Positions 26,581 through 39,843 are shown, numbered from the whole stretch's first letter. The stretch is DNA of 62,940 bases, filler included, from Folioceros fuciformis (GCA_049999805.1; 4 parts of 4 records of this genome joined end to end with filler, not necessarily neighbours in it); one strand, 5' to 3'. Numbers and translations are program-made. The notes: generated from the sequence alone by a model not told the origin.

Positions 26581-27907
26581 AATCCTTCACTGGTACACAT
26601 GACGCTACCTTTTCTGGAGGGGCATGACCATTCCTGCGTCCCCAACCCCTTTGGCTCATTGGTATGTTTCTTTTCTCGTCTTAAAGCCTGTATGGTGGAT
26701 CGGCCTAGTGTTCCCGCAGGTGCCATTCTGGCACTTCAAAACGTGAAAGTAGGGGTAGAAGTTGACACCATGTGTAAGGCTGTATTTATCCTGTCCTTCA
26801 TTTCGTAGAAATATTTATAATTATCCTAGGCTGTAGGTTTCTTCAATCGGAAAAGTGAGTACACTGTTGGGCCTGCGCCTGAGGGGGCGACATTTCCGAC
26901 TACTTATAATCGTATCCCTTGCCTTTGTGCTGTTTGGCAATCCTTGTATGCAGATACTGTCAAGTGTTCCACAATTGTTTAACGAGTTGAAGTCTTGGCC
27001 TGATTATGGCTTGGTCCGTAGTTGTGTTATGGCATCCGACAGATACTCACAGTCATGTTCGTACAACGGAAAATTTCCGGACTACACTCTGATGACAAAA
27101 TAGAGAACACACTAACTACACTTCGATTCAGCCACGATGCCGCGATGGAATACACGCTGGGCACAACTCACCGTACCAGTGCATGAACAACTTGGCCTAA
27201 AAGTACACAGTGATAAAATACATTATTATTTAGGGAACTATTCGCTAGGGTACCAATAAATCCTTAAAATAAATCATTTAATTAATTTTAGGGCTAAAAA
27301 TAATTTCTTAGGAAGTTATTTAAGTAATTAGTGGTCATATTGGTTACAATTACCGATAATCTTTTATAGTAAGAAAAAAATTTACTCCAACCAACATAAT
27401 AAATGCGGAGCATATCCTTGAACAAGCTATTATTCTTATCATGATATTAGAGCATTTTGCTCTTAATTCTTTAGCATTCGACTTGCTACCTACAAAGTCT
27501 TCAATTCTTTTATCACTTTTCTATCCTAACATCTTTTAGTTGCGAAATACGTAGTCAGAAGGCTTTACATTTGGCAACAACTTTATTTACTCAAATTTTC
27601 ATAATGCACAATTTGTATATCCAATTCTCTTCAAATGACAATAAATTTTTCATATCCATTTAACCATAGACTTTGAAGAGCACATTTGGTTGCAAAAATA
27701 TTGTGTTAAATACTAGTCTATGTCAAGCACATGCTATACAAATACCCCTTCATGCCGATAGTTGTTTTATTTCTTACATCAATAATACATCATTTACTAT
27801 CTGCATAGACATGTTTGAAAATGGACTTCACAACTTGTCAGTCCAAGTGGGTCCCACACGTTCCATCAATGTAGTGTCCCAAGCTTATGCTACCTTCTCA
27901 CACCATG

Positions 27908-28180
27908 CTCTAGTACGGTCATCTAGGTCATCTCCATAACAAAAAATTAGTACAAATGTCTAAGGGAAGTTTGTATAGAACTTCTTGTCTCTCAAAAAAA
28001 CATAGCACATACCCTAGTGCAAAGCTTGAGTCCTTACCAAACAACATCCAGCTCCTTTTAAGAACATCTTACCACAAACGGGTACATCACCTATTAAGCT
28101 TGTTCATACAGACATTTGTAGTCCAACATTTGTAGTCCAATTTCTACACCTCAAATGGAAGTAAATACCTTTTGACCTTC
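27908..28180 (+). mobile_element. Decayed Ty1/copia pol remnant (GAG-pre-integrase and start of integrase)
   Basis: Fragments L*YGHLGHL (cf. LWHxRLGH), PIKLVHTDICSP and GSKYLLTF, with stops and frameshifts, in an AT-rich block. Confidence 0.65.
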
Positions 28181-28438
28181 ACATACAACTATTCCCATCT
28201 TTTTCTCACCTATACTTGAGCTTCTACATCCTCACCTGTACTTGAGCTTGTAGAAGTATCAACATTTAATAAGCATCCTATAGAAAGTTCAAGAGTACAC
28301 ATAAAAGTGAAGTGAGGAACAAGTCAACATACTTATAGACTTCAAGGATGAGGACATTGTACAAAGCTTCATCCACCTAGGCGTGTTGTGTGTTACATGG
28401 AAGTAGAGGGCATATGAATCATATCAATTTAGATTACA

Positions 28439-28746
28439 TGTTATTGATTAAAACCTCTATTGATGGCCTTCATAGATGTTTGAGGACTATTTAAAAGGCC
28501 TATTCACCTAGGAGAGGTATTGTGTCACATAGAAGTAAAACACAAGTTAAGAATCAGGTGTGGTATGTGTAGTATATTAGAATATAGATAATTATCATCC
28601 TAGTTATTATGGAGTAGATAGGTGAAAGGAAGCACCCCTTCACCTTGACACCTTTATAAGCACGCTTGTGCTCACACCTCATTGAATCACTCCTTCTCTC
28701 TTCTGTTTTCCTAGCCATCATCTCATTCTAATATGGTATCAGAACC
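28439..28746 (+). mobile_element. Putative LTR followed by a tRNA-iMet primer-binding site
   Basis: TGTTA (28439) ... TAATA (28733, degenerate TAACA end), TATA-like TTTATAAG near 28653, then TGGTATCAGAACC (28734-28746; canonical TGGTATCAGAGC). Left boundary uncertain. Sequence 28747-29365 may be decayed gag. Confidence 0.45.
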
Positions 28747-29365
28747 CAGATAATCCTGGTTGAAGAACAAACAAATTTAGATCATACATCCGGGCCATGA
28801 TCTAGTGCTGGGGTGCTGAACCCCGGAGTTCTTATGGGAGCCTCGCTATTCCCTCCCTTCCTTTCCAAGCCTGCTTCATATCCGCACTTCTGGAGATATC
28901 AACAGTCAGCAATCCCAATGAACTTAAAAAGCTCCATGCCTCTCCCTTTCTCTCACACTTACCTCCTGCGTGGGCAAACCCGAAAGATTTCGAGGCCACC
29001 ACCCTACAATCAATGGCAAGGACGCCCAGATTCGGCTACAAGCCCTCCCCGTGCCTGAAGGCTGGAGTGCCTAGGTTAGCGCGCCCCCATGCCTGTCTTC
29101 GAATCGTCGCCTCCGCTTACCATCGCTCCAGGAGGAGGACACAACGCGCACTAGCAATTCCCAGTGGAATCGCTACCACTTACCAACTGCGCTCTCTCCT
29201 CCAAGGCTTTAGGCGGGTTCCTTGGCCATGGGAGCTCTGGCGTGTCCCCCGCCACTACACCTACAGTCCCTATCTTAGCCCTAGGGAGGACTGTTTGGTC
29301 CATGGCTTTTCTGAGGACGGCTTCGTCCCCGGGGCCTCCCACAACCTTCTGCCCCTCCCCACAGA

Positions 29366-29465
29366 NNNNNNNNNNNNNNNNNNNNNNNNNNNNNNNNNNN
29401 NNNNNNNNNTTAATTAATTAANNNNNNNNNNNNNNNNNNNNNNNNNNNNNNNNNNNNNNNNNNNN
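29366..29465. other. Artificial contig-join spacer (N44-TTAATTAATTAA-N44)
   Basis: Six-frame-stop linker flanked by 44 N each side; the identical structure recurs twice more. Confidence 0.95.
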
Positions 29466-32087
29466 CAGCTACCGTGGTTGCATGCAATCAGGCGAATGTG
29501 GCAGGGGAGAACAACAAGCAAGGGGCGGACACTGGTCAGAAAGAGCGCTCAGGATCGATCTTCTTCCACGTCTGGCATTGACGAATACCTCCCAATCCCT
29601 GAGTCACCTGTGCAGGAGGTCTTGGATAATCTTGAGAATGGCGTTACGATTTGAGACGCTGGAGAAGATTGCTCAGCTTGCTGGCTTCTGAAGGAAGAAG
29701 AGGAAGACTCTGCAATGGCATCTCGAAGGTTAAGCAAAAGTTGAGGAAGGCGTCTGAGAAGGACTGCTGTTTCATTTTCCGTTGTTGACCTCCTCGGATA
29801 TAGTGACGTACGGAGACCCAAGAGCCTGAGTGCAAGGAGTTGGCCTTTTCAGCATATGCTTGCAGCACGCCAAGTCATACGCTCAGCATCAGCATATGTT
29901 TGCTGAAAAGAGTGGGAGGATGCATCTTCCGTGAACTGACTGAAAAGATGCATCTTCGGTGCAGTGGCGTGCTTAATAAGCCTGGCAACTACTGTGGCAG
30001 CTGTCTTTCAGATCAGACAGATGCCTGATGAGTTGACGCTGACGCGCCGATGCTTTGTGAATGTTTGGTGGAGTCAGATGTTGCCAGTTAGGGACGTGGC
30101 TGCATTGGATCTGCTCTTCGTGGCTGCTTGGCTGCGGTTGGAATGCCGTGGTTGTTGCTACCACTTTATCATTTGGATGCCCTTCCTGTTCGCGTCTTTT
30201 GATGTTCGTAGCTTTTGAAACTTTAATTTCTGAGTTAGCCAATTACTCAGAGCCTCACCATGACACCGCGCAAGTTGGAGAGGAATCGGAGGCTCGAGCC
30301 ACGCTTGACTACCCTCCAAATTTTGCTGGCAAGAGAAGGGTGGCTAGCCGCTTGTTGCTGTATCTTGAGCGCCAGGGATGTGGGTGCAGTATCCCATATT
30401 CCACCTGTGTATCGATGCCAGTATTGCCTTATACAAGGAAGAAAGGATCTGGGCATCCGTGATTCTCTGTTGAAGGCTCTCAGAGCCCCTTTACAGAGTG
30501 TGGGACGCTTTGTCCTAGGTGGTTGTAAGCTATTCGTGTCAGGGCCATCAAGAATGCAGCAGCTTTGTCTCCAAAGACCCAGCAGCTGTCCGTGCCAAAT
30601 TTGATTCTCTCCTCCAACTCTTTTATCAGACTCGCACAGATTATGCATCTGGAACTAGAGACTGGATTTCGCTTTCATGGCTGATCAGGCAAACGCAAGG
30701 AAGCTAGAGCTGCGGAATGCATATGATTGGCGATGGAGCAAGGCAGCTGGAAGGCGAGCACTACCTGCAGTGCAGTCAGAGTCTAAAAGGATGCCGGATG
30801 TGATGGAGCATTAATGCGTGAATGGTGCATGTGGCCTTTCATGGCGGGCTATCTTCATCCTTCCAGCCAGGCCCCATCCAATCTGCTGTTGGCCGACCCA
30901 CGTGCCTGCCGGCCGGCTACTCAAACCCGCGGCTACATATGTTAGATGAAGCCGGTAGATAAGATCCTTGAAGATCTCTCTCCACTGCTGTGAACGAGTT
31001 GTCATCGTCCAACACCTGGGTTGAAGCCACCAAGCGGAAAAGCTTGCTACCTGATGCTGACCACATACAGATAACTATGATGAGCACTCGGGGCTGTACA
31101 TTACCTTCCCTTAGGTGCCCGTCCTTCAGTCCTCATCATGGCTGCAACAGCGACACATCGTAAACTTTGTGCAATGCTCTATCTTTGGGCCCAAGAAGGG
31201 GACGTTACCATTTTTCGCTGAGTTGATGTCCAGGTCTAGGAAGTCGGAACCTCAACCGCCGCTCCATGGTCCTGATTGTGCGCATGCTAAGAGTTCCATC
31301 TAGCCTCGAGCATCTCTGGCTAATGCAAGACGGAAAATTACCAGAGCTGGACCTTGACAGGTGCGTGTATAAGCAGTGCTGCGAGGACAGGTGGATGGGG
31401 ACCGATCATGAAGTCGGCGGTACAGAGAAAGGAAGTGAGAGGAGTACGTTGGCAAGGCAGCGGAAGGTGGTCTGTCCTTCTCCTGGTTTTCACCACGTCT
31501 GTTCATGGTCGTGGGATGTTTTTCACCGTTGCCTTCTGAGAGCTCACATCAAGATGACGGACAGGGGCAGCTGGAACAGGAAGGCATGGACAAGGCATGC
31601 TCCGGCTCCCTGTAGAAACATCTTGAGCACTAGGCCACGGTGTCGCTCCTGCTGCATTCCTTCTTTGCGTCGCTGGACTTTTTGGCTTTATAAATTCTCT
31701 GTAGCTCTTCCCTGTCTGCTTCGTCTCTGTGCAGTATGTGATTTCCTGCTCTGTGAGCTCTTGGCATCCTCCATGCCCTTCCCAGTTTTGCAACTTCTAG
31801 TGTATCAGATTCCAATATGTCCTGAGGCATTGCTCTTGCACAGCAAAGTTGTGTCATCGATTTGTGTCTAGTCCAGTGGAGGTAGATTTCCAGAGAGACC
31901 CATTGCTTGCTTGAGTATACGAGTGCACTCTCGCCAGTTCTGTGCTGGCTCGTCAGCATGTCAATGGGTTTCCTCCCATGGCTCATGGGAGCTTACATAT
32001 CTGAGTTTCTGGAGACCTTTTCCACGTCTTGAAGAGAACCCAGTGAAAGCTTGTTCCTGAAATTGAAGGAGGTCGGGTCCTAGTGGA

Positions 32088-33448
32088 ATGATGACAGGGG
32101 ATTTCGGCAATGGAAATGGCACGTACAAGAAAGGGGACTCCAGACCTGCACCCAAGTTCACCCCTGCAATGCGTGGAGGTAATGGAGACGGTAGCTACGC
32201 AAAGTGCTCCAAGTCACAAGCATACATCTTTGGAGCTCTGAATTCGGTCATGTTCAAAGGGATCCATTCTGTGAGCAGACTTCCTTCAATCCCGTTAAAT
32301 GCACCAGCCTTTAGGATTGCAGATCTGGGATGTGCTTCCGGAAGAAACACGGTAACAGCCATGGACCTTGTTCTTCGAGAAGTGCAACAATGGTATGCCT
32401 CGAAGGTGGTAGAAATGCCACGAGAAGTGGAGGCTTTCTTCGCCGACTTGCCCTCCAACGACTTCAACAATCTGTTCCAATTGTACTTGCCCACTTGCAA
32501 GCCTGGTGCTGGAGAAGGCAAACCGTACTTCGCAGCCGCAATCCCAGGCTCGTTCTACGGCAGGCTGTTTCCTGCCAGAAGTATGCATGTGCTCATGTCT
32601 TCTGCTTCTTTACACTGGATGTCTAAGGTGAGAGACTCGATCAAACCCGTCGTTCGTCAGATCCTAGCAGTCTCGAAGCTTGAATCAAGCTGACGGCCAC
32701 TATAATTGGCTTGCAGATTCCAGACGCGGTGCTTGACAGGAACTCTCCAGCCTACAACAAAGGGAGGGTGTGGGTGCAGGACGCTAGTGTGGAGACGGCA
32801 TTAGCGTACTCCCAGCAATCCAAGACCGACTTAAGGAACTTCCTCCTTTCCAGAGCCGAGGAACTGGTGTCGGGGGGAATCTTGTTGCTGCTCTTTGGCG
32901 GCCGGGTGGACCCAAAGCCTCACTGCCAGCTTCACACTGATGTCACTGGCATGCCTATGTTGGGGGATATTCTGAATCAAGGGTGGAACGAACTGGTGGC
33001 GGAGGTAAGTTAAACCGTTTGGCTTGTTCCCAGTCTACCCCGTGGGACCGCCTCACCCTCACCTGATTCCAACCTTGCGCAGGGCTTAGTGGACGGAGAC
33101 AAGCGGGATGCGTTCAATTTACCCATCTTCGGTAGAACACTGGAGGAGGTCAGAGACGGGGTGGAGGAGACGCAGTCATTTCACATCCATCTCCTGGAAC
33201 AGTTTTCGGCAGTGCCTCTCTTCCCAGCGACAGAGGAGGGGAGATTCAAGAACAACCCGAAAGCCTTCGGCAAATTCTACGCTGGAGTGACCAGAAGCAC
33301 GACGAGCAACCTGGTTGAGAGCATAATTGGGGCGGAACTAGCTAACCGGTTGTATGCTAGGATTGAACGCCTTGCAGCTCAGGACGTGGCTAATCTATGT
33401 GACAAGGTTAAGGTGGTGGTCAATGTCGCAGTTCTCACTCGGCATTGA
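32088..33448 (+). CDS. SABATH-family SAM-dependent carboxyl methyltransferase (Methyltransf_7)
   Basis: Exons 32088-32627, 32717-33004, 33083-33448. Motifs MRGGNGDGSYAKCS, IADLGCASGRNT, DLPSNDFN, PGSFYGRLFP, SLHWMSK|IP, FLLSRAEELVSGG, DAFNLP. Substrate unknown. Confidence 0.93.
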
Positions 33449-34377
33449 GTACGACTCGTATGTGACTGGGCACTTCACACGTTCCATCGATAGTGAAATT
33501 GTACGCCCCCACTACCAACTCCACTCCTGACGATGACTCCCAGCTGGCCTGCCTTTATTCAGCATGTTACTGCTACATGCTCACTTCAACCCACCACCAT
33601 TTTGCAGCTAGAGCTACGAGTACCTGGAAAGGACACAAGGAATCCAATCCTGTCTCGGAGGACATTACATGCTGTAGTGTGAATAGGGCAGCGAAGACCT
33701 GCTTCTGTCATCATCTGGCTAGTCCTCCCGGATTGCTGTAATGTAACTTTCGCAACTTCTGCTTTGTGCTTCCGCAAAGAATAATATCTGCGCTTCACCG
33801 AAATTCTTGGAGACTTCAGCGTTAGGGTCGTGTCGTGCAGACCGGCACAATCGCCTGGGAGGAGCTGCTGTGCTCAAATCCAACAAGACGTCCGTCTGCT
33901 TTTTCTTTCCATCCATTCCCTCACTCTTCTGAACTTCTGCACCGCACTCGCAACAAGTTGGGACTTCTCGCTCTGCAGACCTGCCCTCGAATGTGCACCG
34001 GAGTCCCCAAACACTCGTCAGAAACGAAATGGCGCTCCCTCCCTATCTTGCTTTGTCCATCCCACGAGAACAAAATGCCTGGGGATCCGTGACCCATTGC
34101 GCTCCAGCACAGATGGACACCAAGAACTCCTGGAAAGATCCACGCAAATTTCTCACACTCCCAAACCGGACAATCAGTTGTCCGATTTCCGAACAAAACT
34201 ACGGGTCTGAGGAACGTCCGTGCAGGCACAACTACCCTTAGTAGTACATCCAGATCTCCCCGAAAGGGCTCCGACCTACTTGCCTCAGTTGACCATACGC
34301 TATTAGCCTGTTAAATAGTGGGTACTACTTAACTCAAACACTGATGGAATGCGTGCTCCCAAAGGGGGTACAAACAA

Positions 34378-37153
34378 CTATTGGATGGAGCAAGTTAGCT
34401 TAGATTTGCCTCTAGAGCTTCTTCTAACTTTTCTCAACTTCAAGTTGGATGCAGTAGCCCTTTCCATAGCTTCCTCGAAGGACTTTACATTCTCATGTCG
34501 AGGTGTTGTTGCCCTTGGAGTGATTCCCCTTGGTGGAGTCTGTGTTGCTTTAGGAGATGAATCTCCTCGTGGAGTAGCCCTTCCTCTTGGCGTGGTTTGT
34601 CGCCTTGGTGTAGTTGCTCTTCTTGGTGTTGATTGTGCCTTTGGAGTTGTTCCTCTCAAATTAGCTCCATGGGTGTTGGGTCTTGGCCCTCGAGGTATTA
34701 TGAGAGGTGGTGGTCGATGTTGTTCTGAAGGTGGAATTTGACTAATTCCTAATTATATTGGTAATTGGTATCAAGTAGAGTCTTACACAACTTTTAAAAT
34801 TCTATTATACTTTGTCAAGTGCCTCTACCTAAATTGTTTTGCATTGTCTTAAAGTTGTTGTTGAGATCCAGTAACATTTTGTAGCTTAACGACGGATAAT
34901 CCCTGCAGTTGAAATAAAAGCATTGAATTAGTCATTGAATATAAAGAAACTAATCCTCCTTTAAGGACTAGTCTCTTTTTGACCTTCTTCGTGTTGTTTA
35001 GGGTTTAGGATGTTGTTCCTCCTCAATTTTTTTTGGAAGATGGATCTTCTTTCTCTTNNNNNNNNNNNNNNNNNNNNNNNNNNNNNNNNNNNNNNNNNNN
35101 NNNNNNNNNNNNNNNNNNNNNNNNNNNNNNNNNNNNNNNNNNNNNNNNNNNNNNNNNACTATATCTTAAAAATATATAAATAAATTTTAAAATTAATAAA
35201 TTATATACCTATAAAATATTGTATTGTAGATGATAACTCCAATGCCTAAACTTGCAAATATTGTGCGTAAATAATAAATTTGTGAATTAAGGTCTCCTAA
35301 TCTTTTAAGGTAGATATGTCCATCAAACTTCGTAATCCATATCTCCATAAGAAATGTAGCAAATAAAACTACCAAAAGATTTAGGGTTTAAAAAATTTAT
35401 GGGCATTAAAATATTTATATTATAAAATTATTTTAGCTTTTTTTTTTGAAGAAATAAATATGTACCGCAGTAAAGTAGAGCTCTTGAATTTCTTGTTTGC
35501 TTAGCACTTGTACAAAGCCAACTGAAGAATATTGATGCACTGTAGAATATAATTGTCTTAAAAACTTTTCTGTCAGACAATATAATGTGATGTAGTGTAA
35601 AGAGTTTGTCAATCGACTGAAATACTTCACTCTGCTTTCTCACAAAATCCGCCTGTTCTTGAGATCATATCAGAACAAATACTGGAATTATGAAGTATTA
35701 GTTAGAGACATCAATGTGGCGTTCAATTCACAAGGTAATCTAATAACATGCTAATCTCATGAATTATTGGTTAGGTTACAGTTTTCAAGACATGCAACAA
35801 AGAATAAATCTCTCATTGAGGTTCTTCCAAACCTGAGCATCAAGCATAGAGTTGGAACCTTCAGCAAGGCGGCGATGCATAGATTCCAATTCTTCTTGCC
35901 ATGCAACAAATTCTTCCCTATGAATTCGTGCTTCTTCTGCTAGAGCTGCTAATGAGTTCTTGCTATCTTCCATAGCAATAAATTGTACTTGTTGTAGATT
36001 TGTTAGCTCTACCATGGTTTGTCCTTGGCCGGCCAGAAGTGAGGCTTGATTTTGAAGATTCTTCATAACTGATTCAGTGATTGTGTCAGCTCCTTCTTGA
36101 AGTTGTTGAAGGTCTGTGGATAAAGTATCGGCCAGTGCTTTTTGTTGCTTGGCAAGCTCCATTTGAAGTTCGGTGACATCCTAGCAATTCCACTCCACAA
36201 ATTACACATGTTAAGAGTTATTCAATGAGTTTCATGCACTTCTTATGAGATTAAGATGGACATGGTTTGTTAATGTGGGTGTTTGTGAGATTTACTTTGA
36301 TCTGATTTCCTGCTTCTTTTGCCATTGCACTCAACCCACTTAGTCCACTTTCAAAAGTCCGTTGCAAATTTAAATTTGTAGTTTGCATCTTTTGTTGAGC
36401 TTCTAGCATTTTGTCAGCTTGGCTTAATACAGTCTCAGACCTTTGGTTCATGGTGGTTAATTTATCCTCCAGCCAATTGGCATTTGATTTTAGATCGTTA
36501 ATTACACGATCCGTCTCAAATCTGAATGACTCACTCCTGGATATGTGAAACATTGATACAAAACCAAAAGAATGAGAGCACAATGAGAACCTTGCAATGA
36601 AAGTGAATGAAAAGAATTGTGCAAAGAAGGGTTTTGACAAAGCTTACTGGAGATGATGACACATTGTTGTGGACTCCACAAAAAATGTTAGATAAAGTGA
36701 GTGCACATGATCATCAAGACTTCCAATACAGTCTAAGATCTTCACATCATCCGCACATGGCTTAGGTTGACGCCCGGATACTACTAAAAAGCAATTTGTG
36801 AGCGACATAGCTAATCTTGCCCTGAGATTGTCATCATATAATATGTCTTTACAAGACCTTTCAAGATTTTTGTATGCTTGGTTCCAACATGAATGATCTC
36901 TAGATCTATCCTTCACTTTGGCCACAAAATTTCTAGCCTTATCTTGGTTGTGAAGTACAATGGGAGTTTGTGAGTCATATGGTGCAAGATAGTGAGATGG
37001 TTGAGTAAGTTTTGTGTTGTCGGATAACTGCAGTTTGTTCTTGTCATTTTCAACTCCACATGACCATGGCCAGTTCCAAAAATGACACTCTCCCAAGACT
37101 TTGGTATGCAAGAATAATGTACATACAAACCACAAAAAAAGTGAAGGACTCAT
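34378..37153 (-). CDS. GEX1: Gamete-expressed 1 (GEX1/Kar5/Brambleberry nuclear-fusion protein)
   Basis: Exons 37153-36648, 36536-36296, 36180-35833, 35652-35466, 35368-35209, 34902-34829, 34748-34378. Signal peptide, Cys-rich domain (CWNQAY..SC..LAMSLTNCF..SGR..C..C..LYLTFF...MCHHLQ), coiled coils, three hydrophobic segments, TSAKQT, YR|DY. The 35058-35157 gap appears to fall in an intron. Confidence 0.88.
35058..35157. other. 100-N scaffold gap (within predicted GEX1 intron)
   Basis: N run; the flanking exons splice in frame as FYR|DYP. Confidence 0.85.
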
Positions 37154-37352
37154 GTTTGGTTAGTAAAGAACATGGCCTAGTCTAATAGCTTGTAAAGTAC
37201 TATTTAAAATATAGAGCTTCTTATACTTCCTCTCAGTATATTGGATTGAGAATTACTTGGAACTTGGACACCTTGGGTGAAATCCTAAGGTTCTAAGAGT
37301 GTCTCTGCTTGTGGAAAGGTTCTAAGAGAGTCTTGAATCAAACAAGCAAAAG

Positions 37353-39268
37353 ATGGTGATGAACGCAGCGGTTATGCTAGTTGCAATGAGCACCATGAGC
37401 TTGTGCTTCCATCTTGCCAATGGGGCTGTTTCAGGAGTATCTTCCTGGCCCGAATTTTTTCTGTGGGGAACAGGATTTTGCGAGACATTCGTGGACCCAA
37501 TTGGACCATATAATTACGCTTGCACAGAGCACCCGGTAGGTAATGAAAGGAACCGATTAGGAGGATGCAGGAAGTGGAAGCATTATTCACTTCGTAGGTT
37601 GAGCTGGTTGGCAATGGCAGGTCACGGCGGACTCATATTTGACAACACTGCTTAACATCAATTTAAGGAGTAACTCAGCTGGGCCCTATGTTGGACATGT
37701 TCTGTTCTTGCACACAGTGCTGCTTGGGGGCGAGATGTGGATGGTCCCGAGTGATCCCACACCCCTCAGGTTGGCCGACCAGGGCTACAGTGTGTGGATT
37801 GCTAATGGGAGGACATCACATTGGACCTATGGACACGCGTTCCTCAACGCGAGTGACTTTGTAAGTCATGTTCATGGTTCAGAGGAGTTGCCTTCTCGGT
37901 TAGGGATTCTCAGGCTTACTTTTCACAGGCCTACTGGGACTGGAGCGCAGACGACCTGGCAAGTGGAGACCTGCGGGTGTGGCTGCACTATATCTACAAC
38001 TACGGGTACAATGTGCAGAAAAAGCTGCACGTTGTGGGCTTCTCACAGGCATGAACTTCCCTGTGCCATGGGTCGTAGATTGTTTTCTGTTGCAGGGTCT
38101 TGGAGGTGATGGAGTTGTGAACTGGCAGGGGACTCGAGTTGTGATGTCTGCGCTAAGTTCTCAGAGTACAGACCTAGGACCCCTTGTCGCAACCGTAACA
38201 TTGCTTGCTCCCACAATTCACTTAAGTGGAGCTTTCGCAGTCACACCCGTAGCCATGAAGGAGTCTGGCTATGGACAAGTAAGCTTTCACCTATAATACT
38301 TGATGATAAAGCTCATGAGAGCAAGGACGAGCCCCTTTGATTATGTACAACAGCTACTAAACAGACAAGTTCCTCCGAATGAAAATAACAGGGAATATGT
38401 GGCTACAGATGGCCTACAATTCTGGGATTGCAAGTCTGTGCCTAGCCCAGTGAGTAGCAAGCCCAGCACCAAACTAGCTCGAAGAGAAGAGAGCAAAACA
38501 TCTAATACAGCATCTAACCCACTAATCTCTGGCAGATACGAAACTTGGATGCCGGAAGTGAAAAACAAAACCAGCGTCAAGAATTTGATAATCACCAGTA
38601 TCACAGGTTTGAAGTCAGTTGTGAGCTTGTCTCCGGTTGAAGAGTTGCCTATGCAGAGCAAATGACATGGACGTGTTTTACCACCTGTACAGCTCATGAG
38701 CTTCAGCATCTCCGTGTTTGATTTGTTGGATGTGAGCAGGACCCAACTGCTGCATCAATCCGGACACTATATACGATCTATTCACAAGCGAATACATCTG
38801 TACCACCTACAAAAATGTCGCACAACTGGCCCAGGGTAAGGACTACAATGTGCACTTGAGAGCTGTTGCGTTCTAAGTAATATACAGTGGATCCTGATCT
38901 AGAAGTCTGCTGTTTGACACCAACCAGACATGACATCTCCAAAATTGCGGGCATATGACTATGGGAATTCTGACAAGAACACACAAGTTTATGGAGCTGA
39001 GACCCCTCCGGAGTACAAACTGGACAATGTTCCTGCAAACATACCCATACATGTGGTGTATGGAGGCGCTGATCAATTAGCCACAGTTGCAGACATCCAT
39101 ACTTTTCTGTCTGAACTGCCCACCGATGCGTCTGGAACCTACCCACCAGCCCAAGTCACCCTCACTTTCCTACCGCACTACGCTCATGCAGATTTGGCCT
39201 TCAGCAACGCACTTAACACCGACATCAACCCAGCCATCACTGATTTCCTACAACGGCATCCCGCATAA
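37353..39268 (+). CDS. Secreted acid/triacylglycerol lipase-like protein (LIP1/LIP2 family), divergent
   Basis: Predicted exons 37353-37535, 37621-37860, 37929-38048, 38129-38278, 38354-38433, 38536-38606, 38740-38835, 38928-39268. Signal peptide, LADQGYSVWIANGR, YWDWSADDLA, GFSQ|GT nucleophile elbow, SITG|PNCC, YDYG, GGADQLA (Asp), YAHADL (His). Confidence 0.85.
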
Positions 39269-39843
39269 GGGTAGCAGGTCATGCTTTGACACCACAATCA
39301 GGTTCAGAATAACAATTTCTTTGGAGACTCGTGTTCTATCTCATTTGTGACAATGAAATGCAGCGCAGGCTTGCAGGCATGGGCCATTCACATGAAAGGG
39401 GAGTGGGAGCCTACTTGATTTTGATTCTTGCTGGCTTGGTGTGGCACCTACGGGTAACTGTCCATGTCCCCTCCAAACGCTTGCCTTTTCGAGTCTAAGA
39501 TTCTCCCAGAAAGTACAATATCCTTGCTCTCCAGCCACCCCGCCTTGAAATATGATGCAATACCATCCCTCTAGCCAATCCATTCAGCTGTAAGAGAACT
39601 TGCCCCTGCCTTCAGAGTATGCGCATGGAATTTTATGAATGCTAACGACACGCATCCAGGCAATTTGAATTGGCTCAGTGGAGCTGAATTCACTCGGTAT
39701 CCACCTCCAACGTTCAGGCTGAAAGCGCATGACTAAGATGGCATATTCAGCTACAAGTGACAGCAGGTTTTGTCATTTCCTTCACTGCTCACAGCCGACT
39801 CCAACTAGACATCTGTTAGCCTTCATGTACGGCAGAATCACTT

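Noticed and set aside
29410-29421. TTAATTAATTAA palindrome recurring three times (also 43353, 52625)
   Set aside because: Always centred in N44...N44, so it is an artificial six-frame-stop contig linker. Adjacency across these points is not evidence of linkage.
29466-32000. Several 60-200 aa ORFs with coding-like composition upstream of the SABATH gene
   Set aside because: No recognisable motif or consistent splice model. May be a degraded gene, but no call can be supported.
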